A stretch of 25,462 nucleotides of DNA from a virus. Its lineage: Duplodnaviria > Heunggongvirae > Uroviricota > Caudoviricetes. The notes under the pieces were generated by a model. It was not told the origin of the DNA, did not search any database, and saw only the letters and a list, made by a program, of their open reading frames with translations. The stretch is from the IMG/VR virus record IMGVR_UViG_2698536672_000007. One strand, given 5' to 3'. The translations under genes and the position numbers were made by a program. The first letter of the stretch is position 1, and each line of letters opens with the position of its first letter. Below, piece after piece: positions 8,520 to 16,966 of this stretch.

Positions 8520-9353
8520 TCAGCAATTGGTCAGAGTGTCAGCGGGGGCGTTACCGCCTGTTGCACGCTGGCGGTAGTCCTGGCGACTGTCTTCATGACT
8601 CAGCTTGTCCACCAGTTCGTTAAAGGCGGTTTGCTGTGCCTGCAGGGCAGTCTCCAGCTCAGACAGGCGTTCTTCCTGCTCAGACAGGGATTTTTCGGTG
8701 CGTGCGCTCAGGTTCTGCTGCTCAGTGGCGACCAGCTCCACGGCCTTATGCACATCAGAGAACCGGGCGTCATCGGACTGCTCTTTTTTGGTAAACAGCG
8801 CCGTGACGCGGGCAAGCAGGGACGGTTTGTCGTCCTGGATTTCTTCCAGTTCGATCACCGTTTCCTCTGCAGCGGTAAAGAGATTGGCAGGATTCTGCTT
8901 GCGGTTTGCCAGCGGGTTATGGGCTGCACTGGCGCTGAATGTCAGCATTTCCGTACCCAGACTGGCAGGGTCATCAGTGGCAGCCAGGCCGACCAGATAG
9001 GCTTTGCCCGTATCAGCGAACTTCGGGCTGACTTCCATAGAGGTGAATAATTTCTGGCCTTTTTTCACCAGTTCCACCAGGGACTCCGTTGGCTCAACGT
9101 CGGCATACAGCGCCATCTTGCCTGCCAGCGGACCTTCCGTGATTTCTTCAGCAAACAGCGCCGTCACCTTGCCGTAGCGGTTAAAGGTGCTGTCCGGCAG
9201 ATAAGACTTGATGTGCTCAAGGTTAATCAGCGCGGTATACACCGCCGGGTTGTAGCTGGCTGCCATCTGTTCCAGCCATTCACGCTGGATTTCGCGTCCG
9301 TCGGTGGTGGCACCTTCCACCCCGATGCGAAAACGCTTTGCTTTCACTGTCAT
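8520..9353 (-). CDS. O: Capsid scaffolding protein (P2 gpO-like)
   Basis: 277-aa ORF with ATG at 9353; first gene of the minus-strand capsid operon, divergent from P. Confidence 0.85.
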   Translation of the reverse strand: MTVKAKRFRIGVEGATTDGREIQREWLEQMAASYNPAVYTALINLEHIKSYLPDSTFNRYGKVTALFAEEITEGPLAGKMALYADVEPTESLVELVKKGQKLFTSMEVSPKFADTGKAYLVGLAATDDPASLGTEMLTFSASAAHNPLANRKQNPANLFTAAEETVIELEEIQDDKPSLLARVTALFTKKEQSDDARFSDVHKAVELVATEQQNLSARTEKSLSEQEERLSELETALQAQQTAFNELVDKLSHEDSRQDYRQRATGGNAPADTLTNC

Positions 9354-9431
9354 GAGCCGTGCTCCGTTAGAAAAAACTTACTGGAGCCTTATGGTTGCGG
9401 TGATGGGGGCAGTGAAACAATGCGCGGTATT

Positions 9432-9449
9432 TGTACCGACAACCACACA
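9432..9449 (-). promoter_or_regulatory. Candidate late-promoter activator site (TGT-N12-ACA) in the O/P divergent intergenic region
   Basis: TGTACCGACAACCACACA matches the TGT-N12-ACA dyad; its centre is about 85 bp upstream of the O start codon, consistent with a -55 activator site for the O promoter. Confidence 0.4.
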
Positions 9450-9495
9450 AACCGCAGGCGGGGAAAGCCTTCATTCAAGGCTGTAGGTTTGTGCC

Positions 9496-11262
9496 ATGAA
9501 CACCACACTGACACCCGCAGATCTCGATCCCCGTCGGCAGGCCATGCTGCTGTACTTTCAGGGATACCGCGTAGCCCGCATTGCTGAAATGCTGGGCGAG
9601 AAAGTTGCAACCGTTCACAGCTGGAAAAAACGCGACAAGTGGGGTGACTATGGGCCGCTGGATCAGATGCAGCTCACCACCGCCGCACGCTACTGCCAGC
9701 TCATTATGAAGGAGCACAAAGAAGGGAAAGATTTCAAAGAGATTGACCTGCTGGCGCGCCAGTCGGAGCGCCATGCGCGGATCGGCAAGTTTAACAATGG
9801 CGGCAACGAAGCCGACTTAAACCCTAACGTCGCCAACCGCAACAAAGGCCCGCGCCGTCAGCCGGAAAAGAACGTTTTCACCGATGAACAGATTGAGAAG
9901 CTGGAAGAAATCTTCCATTCCTCCATGTTCAACTACCAGCGCCACTGGTGGGAAGCCGGAAAAACCAACCGCATCCGCAACCTGCTGAAGTCACGCCAGA
10001 TCGGCGCGACCTTCTATTTTGCCCGTGAAGCCCTGATTGACGCCCTGCTAACCGGGCGTAACCAGATTTTCCTTTCCGCCAGCAAGGCTCAGGCCCACGT
10101 CTTTAAGCAGTACATCATCGACTTCGCCAAAGAAGTGGAGGTGGAGCTGAAAGGCGATCCGATGGTGCTTCCTAACGGGGCCACGCTGTACTTCCTCGGC
10201 ACCAATGCCCGCACGGCCCAGAGTTACCACGGCAACCTGTATCTGGATGAATATTTCTGGATACCGAAATTCCAAGAGCTGCGCAAAGTGGCTTCCGGTA
10301 TGGCTATTCACAAAAAATGGCGACAAACCTATTTTTCCACGCCATCCAGCCTGACACACAGTGCTTATCCGTTCTGGTCCGGTGCGCTGTTCAACCGAGG
10401 GCGCAACAAAGCCGATAAGGTGGACATCGACCTGTCCCACAGCAATCTGGCCCCCGGCCTGCTGTGCGCAGACGGGCAGTACCGCCAGATAGTCACTGTG
10501 GAAGATGCGGTGCGCGGCGGCTGTAACCTGTTCGACCTCGATCAGTTGCGCATGGAGTACAGCCCGGACGAATACCAGAACCTGCTGATGTGCGAGTTTG
10601 TGGACGATCTCGCGTCCGTGTTCCCGCTCAGCGAGCTGCAGGCGTGCATGGTGGACAGCTGGGAAGTCTGGACCGACTTTCATGCACTGGCTCTGCGCCC
10701 GTTTGGCTGGCGCGAAGTGTGGATCGGTTATGACCCGGCAAAAGGTACGCAAAACGGCGACAGCGCCGGATGCGTGGTGGTGGCACCGCCAGCCGTGCCG
10801 GGCGGTAAGTTCCGCATTCTTGAGCGTCACCAGTGGCGCGGGATGGACTTCCGCGCCCAGGCTGACGCCATCAAAAAACTGACCGAACAGTACAACGTGA
10901 CCTATATCGGTATCGACTCGACCGGCGTTGGTCACGGGGTTTATGAGAACGTGAAAGCGTTCTTTCCTGCCGTCCGGGAGTTTGTCTACAACCCCAACGT
11001 TAAAAACGCCCTGGTACTCAAGGCCTACGACATTATCAGCCACCGCCGTCTGGAGTTTGACGCCGGGCACACCGACATTGCGCAGTCATTCATGGCAATC
11101 CGTCGCGCCACCACCGCCAGTGGCAACCGCCCGACCTATGAAGCCAGCCGCAGCGAAGAAGCCAGCCACGCCGATCTGGCCTGGGCAACGATGCACGCAC
11201 TGTTTAACGAACCGCTGCAGGGCGAATCCGCCAATACCAGCAATATTGTGGAGATTTTTTGA
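9496..11262 (+). CDS. P: Terminase large (ATPase) subunit (P2 gpP-like)
   Basis: 588-aa ORF with ATG at 9496; size and position match P2 gpP; stop overlaps Q start (TGATG). Confidence 0.85.
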   Translation: MNTTLTPADLDPRRQAMLLYFQGYRVARIAEMLGEKVATVHSWKKRDKWGDYGPLDQMQLTTAARYCQLIMKEHKEGKDFKEIDLLARQSERHARIGKFNNGGNEADLNPNVANRNKGPRRQPEKNVFTDEQIEKLEEIFHSSMFNYQRHWWEAGKTNRIRNLLKSRQIGATFYFAREALIDALLTGRNQIFLSASKAQAHVFKQYIIDFAKEVEVELKGDPMVLPNGATLYFLGTNARTAQSYHGNLYLDEYFWIPKFQELRKVASGMAIHKKWRQTYFSTPSSLTHSAYPFWSGALFNRGRNKADKVDIDLSHSNLAPGLLCADGQYRQIVTVEDAVRGGCNLFDLDQLRMEYSPDEYQNLLMCEFVDDLASVFPLSELQACMVDSWEVWTDFHALALRPFGWREVWIGYDPAKGTQNGDSAGCVVVAPPAVPGGKFRILERHQWRGMDFRAQADAIKKLTEQYNVTYIGIDSTGVGHGVYENVKAFFPAVREFVYNPNVKNALVLKAYDIISHRRLEFDAGHTDIAQSFMAIRRATTASGNRPTYEASRSEEASHADLAWATMHALFNEPLQGESANTSNIVEIF

Positions 11263-12311
11263 TGGGAAAGAGTAAGAAGAACCGCGCTGCGGCGACGAAC
11301 CAGATTCAGCATAAAATCCAGACTTCAGCCGAAGCATTCAGCTTTGGCGATCCCATTCCAGTACTGGACCGCCGCGAACTGCTGGACTATGTGGAATGCG
11401 TACAGATGGACCGCTGGTATGAGCCGCCCGTCAGCTTTGACGGACTGGCACGAACCTTCCGCGCCGCCGTGCATCACAGTTCCCCGATTGCAGTAAAGTG
11501 CAACATTCTGACCAGTACCTATATCCCTCATCCGCTGCTCAGCCAACAGGCTTTTTCGCGTTTTGTGCAGGACTATCTGGTATTTGGTAACGCCTACCTG
11601 GAGAAACGCACGAACCGATTCGGTGAAGTTATAGCCCTTGAGCCTGCGCTGGCAAAATACACCCGACGCGGGTTAGACCTGGATACCTACTGGTTTGTGC
11701 AATACGGTATGACAACCCAGCCGTATCAGTTCACGAAAGGCAGCATTTTTCATCTGATGGAACCTGACATCAACCAGGAGATCTACGGCCTGCCAGGTTA
11801 TCTTTCTGCCATTCCGTCAGCCCTGCTCAACGAGTCCGCCACGCTGTTCCGCCGGAAGTATTATATTAACGGCAGTCATGCAGGCTTCATCATGTACATG
11901 ACCGATGCCGCGCAGAACCAGGAGGATGTGAACAACCTCCGCAATGCGATGAAAAGCGCCAAAGGCCCTGGCAACTTCCGCAACCTGTTTATGTACTCGC
12001 CTAACGGCAAAAAGGACGGGCTTCAGATCATCCCGTTGTCAGAAGTCGCGGCGAAGGATGAGTTTCTGAATATCAAGAACGTGAGCCGGGACGACATGAT
12101 GGCGGCACACCGTGTGCCGCCGCAAATGATGGGGATTATGCCAAGTAATGTTGGAGGATTTGGAGATGTAGAGAAGGCGAGTCGAGTGTTTGTTCGAAAT
12201 GAATTAATGCCTTTACAAAAACGATTACAGGAATTTAATGAATGGTTAGGAATTAATATTATCCATTTTGAAAAATATAACTTAATAAACGATGACCCAC
12301 AATCAACATAG
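11262..12311 (+). CDS. Q: Portal protein (P2 gpQ-like) with compositionally atypical 3' end
   Basis: ORF-track start 11259 is TTG; ATG at 11262 (MGKSKKNRAAATNQ...). Portal-like sequence follows P as in the P2 P-Q operon. The last ~55 codons (about 12150..12311) are markedly AT-rich. Confidence 0.85.
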   Translation: MGKSKKNRAAATNQIQHKIQTSAEAFSFGDPIPVLDRRELLDYVECVQMDRWYEPPVSFDGLARTFRAAVHHSSPIAVKCNILTSTYIPHPLLSQQAFSRFVQDYLVFGNAYLEKRTNRFGEVIALEPALAKYTRRGLDLDTYWFVQYGMTTQPYQFTKGSIFHLMEPDINQEIYGLPGYLSAIPSALLNESATLFRRKYYINGSHAGFIMYMTDAAQNQEDVNNLRNAMKSAKGPGNFRNLFMYSPNGKKDGLQIIPLSEVAAKDEFLNIKNVSRDDMMAAHRVPPQMMGIMPSNVGGFGDVEKASRVFVRNELMPLQKRLQEFNEWLGINIIHFEKYNLINDDPQST

Positions 12312-12331
12312 ATAAAGCTTAATAAAGGAGG

Positions 12332-12341
12332 GGGAACCCCT
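12332..12341. repeat. Target-site duplication, left copy (GGGAACCCCT)
   Basis: 10-bp direct repeat immediately flanking the IS186 ends; identical copy at 13681..13690. Confidence 0.75.
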
Positions 12342-13680
12342 CATAAGCGCTAACTTAAGGGTTGTGGTATTACGCCTGATATGATTTAACGTGCCGATGA
12401 ATTACTCTCACGATAACTGGTCAGCAATTCTGGCCCATATTGGTAAGCCCGAAGAACTGGATACTTCGGCACGTAATGCCGGGGCTCTAACCCGCCGCCG
12501 CGAAATTCGTGATGCTGCAACTCTGCTACGTCTGGGGCTGGCTTACGGCCCCGGGGGGATGTCATTACGTGAAGTCACTGCATGGGCTCAGCTCCATGAC
12601 GTTGCAACATTATCTGACGTGGCTCTCCTGAAGCGGCTGCGGAATGCCGCCGACTGGTTTGGCATACTTGCCGCACAAACACTTGCTGTACGCGCCGCAG
12701 TTACGGGTTGTACAAGCGGAAAGAGATTGCGTCTTGTCGATGGAACAGCAATCAGTGCGCCCGGGGGCGGCAGCGCTGAATGGCGACTACATATGGGATA
12801 TGATCCTCATACCTGTCAGTTCACTGATTTTGAGCTAACCGACAGCAGAGACGCTGAACGGCTGGACCGATTTGCGCAAACGGCAGACGAGATACGCATT
12901 GCTGACCGGGGATTCGGTTCGCGTCCCGAATGTATCCGCTCACTTGCTTTTGGAGAAGCTGATTATATCGTCCGGGTTCACTGGCGAGGATTGCGCTGGT
13001 TAACTGCAGAAGGAATGCGCTTTGACATGATGGGTTTTCTGCGCGGGCTGGATTGCGGTAAGAACGGTGAAACCACTGTAATGATAGGCAATTCAGGTAA
13101 TAAAAAAGCCGGAGCTCCCTTTCCGGCACGTCTCATTGCCGTATCACTTCCTCCCGAAAAAGCATTAATCAGTAAAACCCGACTGCTCAGCGAGAATCGT
13201 CGAAAAGGACGAGTAGTTCAGGCGGAAACGCTGGAAGCAGCGGGCCATGTGCTATTGCTAACATCATTACCGGAAGATGAATATTCAGCAGAGCAAGTGG
13301 CTGATTGTTACCGTCTGCGATGGCAAATTGAACTGGCTTTTAAGCGGCTCAAAAGTTTGCTGCACCTGGATGCTTTGCGTGCAAAGGAACCTGAACTCGC
13401 GAAAGCGTGGATATTTGCTAATCTACTCGCCGCATTTTTAATTGACGACATAATCCAGCCATCGCTGGATTTCCCCCCCAGAAGTGCCGGATCCGAAAAG
13501 AAGAACTAACTCGTTGTGGAGAATAACAAAAATGGTCATCTGGAGCTTACAGGTGGCCATTCGTGGGACAGTATCCCTGACAGCCTACAAAACGCAATTG
13601 AAGAACGCGAGGCATCGTCTTAACGAGGCACCGAGGCGTCGCATTCTTCAGATGGTTCAACCCTTAAGTTAGCGCTTATG
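12342..13680 (+). mobile_element. IS186 (IS4 family) insertion sequence, apparently complete
   Basis: 23-bp terminal inverted repeats CATAAGCGCTAACTTAAGGGTTG (12342..12364) and its reverse complement (13658..13680); a single 370-aa transposase ORF; flanked by a 10-bp duplication of a G-run/C-run palindrome, the known IS186 target preference. Confidence 0.85.
12397..13509 (+). CDS. insL: IS186 transposase (DDE, IS4 family)
   Basis: Protein MNYSHDNWSAILAHIGKPEELDTSARNAG... matches the E. coli IS186 transposase as I recall it; ORF-track start at 12391 is GTG, ATG at 12397 gives 370 aa. Confidence 0.9.
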   Translation: MNYSHDNWSAILAHIGKPEELDTSARNAGALTRRREIRDAATLLRLGLAYGPGGMSLREVTAWAQLHDVATLSDVALLKRLRNAADWFGILAAQTLAVRAAVTGCTSGKRLRLVDGTAISAPGGGSAEWRLHMGYDPHTCQFTDFELTDSRDAERLDRFAQTADEIRIADRGFGSRPECIRSLAFGEADYIVRVHWRGLRWLTAEGMRFDMMGFLRGLDCGKNGETTVMIGNSGNKKAGAPFPARLIAVSLPPEKALISKTRLLSENRRKGRVVQAETLEAAGHVLLLTSLPEDEYSAEQVADCYRLRWQIELAFKRLKSLLHLDALRAKEPELAKAWIFANLLAAFLIDDIIQPSLDFPPRSAGSEKKN

Positions 13681-13690
13681 GGGAACCCCT
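13681..13690. repeat. Target-site duplication, right copy (GGGAACCCCT)
   Basis: Identical to 12332..12341; abuts the right IS186 inverted repeat. Confidence 0.75.
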
Positions 13691-13698
13691 CCACATTG

Positions 13699-15891
13699 TT
13701 AAGTACGTAACATAATTTGCTGTTGAACTTGGATAGGCTGTAAGGTTTGATATTTCTGCCTAATTAGGTTATATAAATCCGGCATTTCTTCAGCAGATAA
13801 AGTCACAACAAGAACATATGGTAGTTCTTCTAACTCGTCAACATCAATAGGCATACCACAGTCTCTACCATAGTAGATAATATCAAAGCATGGGTTTGTC
13901 AGCTCATTCGGTTTAAATTTGTGTTCACTTCTTAACGTAGTCTCCCATTTATGTGCATCAACACGTTGCTCATTTTCATCTGCATAAACATTTTTTAGAT
14001 TAAAAAGAGGAAACGTTAACCCGGAACTATCTGAAACACCTTTTCTCATGGTTACTTCTAGACCGCTTCTTGTATAATTCAAAGGATGTTCCGCATCTAC
14101 AGGACTGGAAAAACAGAATGTCGCTCTTAAATTTACACATCCACGCATAGGTACATCTGGAAACGGAATAGGTGCTCGCATGTGTTGTGATGGTTTTAAA
14201 GTACCTTGATATATAACTTTAACTTCATCATCATCACAAAATATTACTTCACTAAGATCATGAGGAAATCGTCCCCAACCAACTTCAGCACGATTGATAT
14301 TATTGCTCTCCGCATGATGTATAAGCAGAGCTTTAGCCGTAAGTGGTGTAATGTTGTAATTTAGAGAAGCACTTAACGCGATTGCTTGCCTCAGGACTAA
14401 TGGAGCAGAAAAGCTAGTCCCCGCAGTGCGGGCAAGACCATTAACCATAGGGCTGTATACCTGGAATGGCTCATCAGAATGTCCTCCAAATGCAACTCCA
14501 TCAGGCTTCACAAAGCCAGGGCTTCGTCCAGGACCAATACAACTGTAAGAACATCTTTCCCAACTATCAGATAAAGAGGTTGCTGCACCTACTGACAGAC
14601 CATTAACTAAATCAGCAGGTGGTTGAATTCGATTTAACCTGGCAGGCAGCTGACCATCATTTCCAACCGCGACAGTACAAAGTGTTTCTCCTGATGCAAG
14701 TATCTCCTCAAGAGTTGAGGTCCACACATGCACGTCATCGTCATCAACAGGTAATCTAGGTCCTAAGCTCAGATTGATATAATCATATTTTTTTTGTTCT
14801 AATACACTTTTAATACGGATCAGAACGTCAAAAAGATCGACATCTGAGTTATTAACATTGGAATCCAGTACACGATAATGGTCAATATTACAATAAGGGA
14901 CACTTAATTTTTCCGTTTCAGAGCCAAGAACACCAAATAACACAGTAGAGGTGACATCCTGTCCATGAGAAAGAAGTTTTGCATTAGTACTAGCATTACC
15001 GTTGAAAGTGTACTCTGTTACCCAAGGATTGAAATCATCGATCCCCAATCCACCATCGAATATGGCAACCTTTATGTGTGGGTTTACCGCTCCTTCAGAT
15101 GGTAAACTAAGGTTAGATGTTTGAATCACAGAACGTGATATAACAGGCTCACTTAGCCTTAATTCAGGAAGTTCTCTCAAAGTCCTGAGAAATGAAAACT
15201 CTGCAACTTTTAAAGCTACATCTTTACTAGCCTTAATAGGCATAAAGGTTAGCCCCTTAACTTTTATACTTCTTGCCTTATCTATAACAGCACCATTTTG
15301 CGAAGCAAAAACTTCAAAACTATCGACAATAGAGGAACTTGTATCAGGAGTATGTAAGGCGACCTCAATACTCATAACTTCATTGCTATTAATCGTTTTT
15401 ACTTTATCTGAAACTTCCAGTATTGAAATATTTTCTAAGGTGACAAAATCATTTTGCTGCCCTTTCGTTAGGGTATCTTGATTTACAGAGTCTAAGAATG
15501 ATTGAAAACTTTCTTTTTTGCCAGAAACATAAATACACGCTGTAGTGTATTCCTCTTTTCGCCCTCTTTTTTTAATATCTTTTCTAGGTTTTACTTTTAC
15601 AGCCTTACTGCCTATGCTTTCTAGGGAAAATCGCTCAAAAAGACTTACTGGAAAATAACTTTTTGCTAAGAATGCCGGATGCAAAACAAATTTTGCTACA
15701 GCCTTACCTTCAGGCATTGCTAACAATGGAAGGGTATTAATTTCCTCAATCAACTCTTCCAGTTGAGCAGATATCACTGGTTTATTTTCTGAATAAGAGT
15801 AAGGTTTATTCTTTTCACCTCCACCTCTGTTAAGTTTAACAGGGTCAGTTAGTGTTTCACCATAGCCAAGAAGCATATTTTTATCATTCAT
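13699..15891 (-). CDS. Subtilisin-like serine protease (MEROPS S8-type catalytic core) with large N- and C-terminal extensions; candidate defence effector
   Basis: Catalytic motifs in D-H-S order: VAIFDGGLG (Asp), LSHGQDVTS (His), YINLSLGP (oxyanion Asn), GTSFSAPLV (Ser). No signal peptide. ORF-track first codon is TTG at 15906; I prefer ATG at 15891 (MNDKNMLLGYGE...), preceded by GAGGA with a 9-nt spacer and overlapping the upstream ATPase stop by 8 nt. Low GC. Confidence 0.75.
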   Translation of the reverse strand: MNDKNMLLGYGETLTDPVKLNRGGGEKNKPYSYSENKPVISAQLEELIEEINTLPLLAMPEGKAVAKFVLHPAFLAKSYFPVSLFERFSLESIGSKAVKVKPRKDIKKRGRKEEYTTACIYVSGKKESFQSFLDSVNQDTLTKGQQNDFVTLENISILEVSDKVKTINSNEVMSIEVALHTPDTSSSIVDSFEVFASQNGAVIDKARSIKVKGLTFMPIKASKDVALKVAEFSFLRTLRELPELRLSEPVISRSVIQTSNLSLPSEGAVNPHIKVAIFDGGLGIDDFNPWVTEYTFNGNASTNAKLLSHGQDVTSTVLFGVLGSETEKLSVPYCNIDHYRVLDSNVNNSDVDLFDVLIRIKSVLEQKKYDYINLSLGPRLPVDDDDVHVWTSTLEEILASGETLCTVAVGNDGQLPARLNRIQPPADLVNGLSVGAATSLSDSWERCSYSCIGPGRSPGFVKPDGVAFGGHSDEPFQVYSPMVNGLARTAGTSFSAPLVLRQAIALSASLNYNITPLTAKALLIHHAESNNINRAEVGWGRFPHDLSEVIFCDDDEVKVIYQGTLKPSQHMRAPIPFPDVPMRGCVNLRATFCFSSPVDAEHPLNYTRSGLEVTMRKGVSDSSGLTFPLFNLKNVYADENEQRVDAHKWETTLRSEHKFKPNELTNPCFDIIYYGRDCGMPIDVDELEELPYVLVVTLSAEEMPDLYNLIRQKYQTLQPIQVQQQIMLRT

Positions 15892-16966
15892 TGTCTTCAT
15901 CCTCAACCGTCAAAACCTTACGTACTTGTGACCTTGAAATCCCCAAATCTAAAGCGATTTTTCTTTGTGATACATTGTTGTTTGACATGTTTTTTATAAC
16001 ATCATCAAGTGACACGCCATCTAACAACTCATCAATTAAAGCTGAACTTAAAGGAATATCTTCTATAATGGCATTTCTTTTAGCTTGATTTATAGCTCTC
16101 TCAAGAACTGCATATGAAACTTTTTCGAGTTTTGTAGCAATATAGTACGATAAGCTATCTCCAATATTTTTAGAACAGAGATATCTTCTCATTAGGTCTT
16201 GTGTTGGATATTCAAAATCAATAACTCGATCGAATCTTCTCCATGCAGCAGGATCAAGCAGCTCCGCATGGTTAGTTGCTGCTATAAGAACAGACGTATT
16301 TGGCCATTCATCAATTGCTTGCAATAATACTGTAACTAATCTTTTTAGTTCTCCAACATCTGTTGCATCATCCCTTTTTTTAGCAATCGCATCAAATTCG
16401 TCAAGAAGCAGTACACAAGGGAATGACGAAGCATAATTGAGGACTGCCTTAATATTATTACCCGTTTTCCCCAAGTAGCTACTCATTACACTTGCGAGAT
16501 CTAATGTTAACAATGGCATATCGAGTTTAAAAGCGAGCCACTTTGCAGCCAAAGTCTTCCCCACACCGGGTGGTCCTCCCATAAGAAGAGATTTGGAGGG
16601 ATGCAACCCTTCTTTATAAAGGCGTTCTTTCATTTCCCACTCAGCCACAAATCGATTCAGTTGAACATCAGTTTTTGTTGGCCAAACAGGTTCAACATCA
16701 ATGACCACAGGATATGTTTCAACTAGCAGCTTTTGTCTTGTATCCGCATCAACAGGTGTTATTTTAGGAACAACTGGATTAGCCCTTTCGACTGCAATTG
16801 CGCCACCCGTATTAATAAGTAAATCTTCTAATTTACCCGCTAATTCAGGAGATTCTTTTTTTAGTTTTTTTGCCATAATCCGCAACCGCATGAGGAGACT
16901 TTCCCTCTTCCCCGTAAGAGCATCACTGACAACATCAATGAGCATTTCGTTTGTAACGTTTATCAT
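15884..16966 (-). CDS. AAA+ ATPase (classic AAA clade) with C-terminal helix-turn-helix; candidate defence sensor/regulator
   Basis: Walker A GGPPGVGKT, Walker B VLLLDEFD, sensor-1 LIAATN, second region of homology AAWRRFDRVI; C-terminal NVSQRKIALDLGISRSQVRKVL resembles a Fis/LuxR-type HTH. ATG at 16966; low GC. Confidence 0.75.
   Translation of the reverse strand: MINVTNEMLIDVVSDALTGKRESLLMRLRIMAKKLKKESPELAGKLEDLLINTGGAIAVERANPVVPKITPVDADTRQKLLVETYPVVIDVEPVWPTKTDVQLNRFVAEWEMKERLYKEGLHPSKSLLMGGPPGVGKTLAAKWLAFKLDMPLLTLDLASVMSSYLGKTGNNIKAVLNYASSFPCVLLLDEFDAIAKKRDDATDVGELKRLVTVLLQAIDEWPNTSVLIAATNHAELLDPAAWRRFDRVIDFEYPTQDLMRRYLCSKNIGDSLSYYIATKLEKVSYAVLERAINQAKRNAIIEDIPLSSALIDELLDGVSLDDVIKNMSNNNVSQRKIALDLGISRSQVRKVLTVEDEDNE

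Noticed and set aside
7961-9050. Plus-strand ORFs 7961..8623, 8595..9050 and 8605..9000
   Set aside because: Antisense to capsid gene N and scaffold gene O, which have clear phage identity and start contexts.
10048-11070. 340-aa minus-strand ORF inside the terminase gene
   Set aside because: Fully embedded antisense in gene P; no independent start context; the terminase frame is clearly the real one.
12821-13672. ORFs 12821..13129 (minus) and 13484..13672 (plus) inside IS186
   Set aside because: IS186 is known to encode a single transposase; these overlap it or its end and have no start signals.
13699-15891. Possibility that the S8 protease is a phage prohead maturation protease
   Set aside because: It lies outside the capsid operon in the low-GC accessory slot, is 730 aa with large extra domains, and is coupled to an AAA+ ATPase; in P2-family phages the scaffold protein O provides the capsid protease function.
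15884-16966. Possibility that the AAA+ ATPase is a phage packaging or replication ATPase
   Set aside because: Terminase P and replication protein A are both present elsewhere; the motifs fit the classic AAA unfoldase clade rather than a terminase or helicase, and the gene is compositionally foreign.
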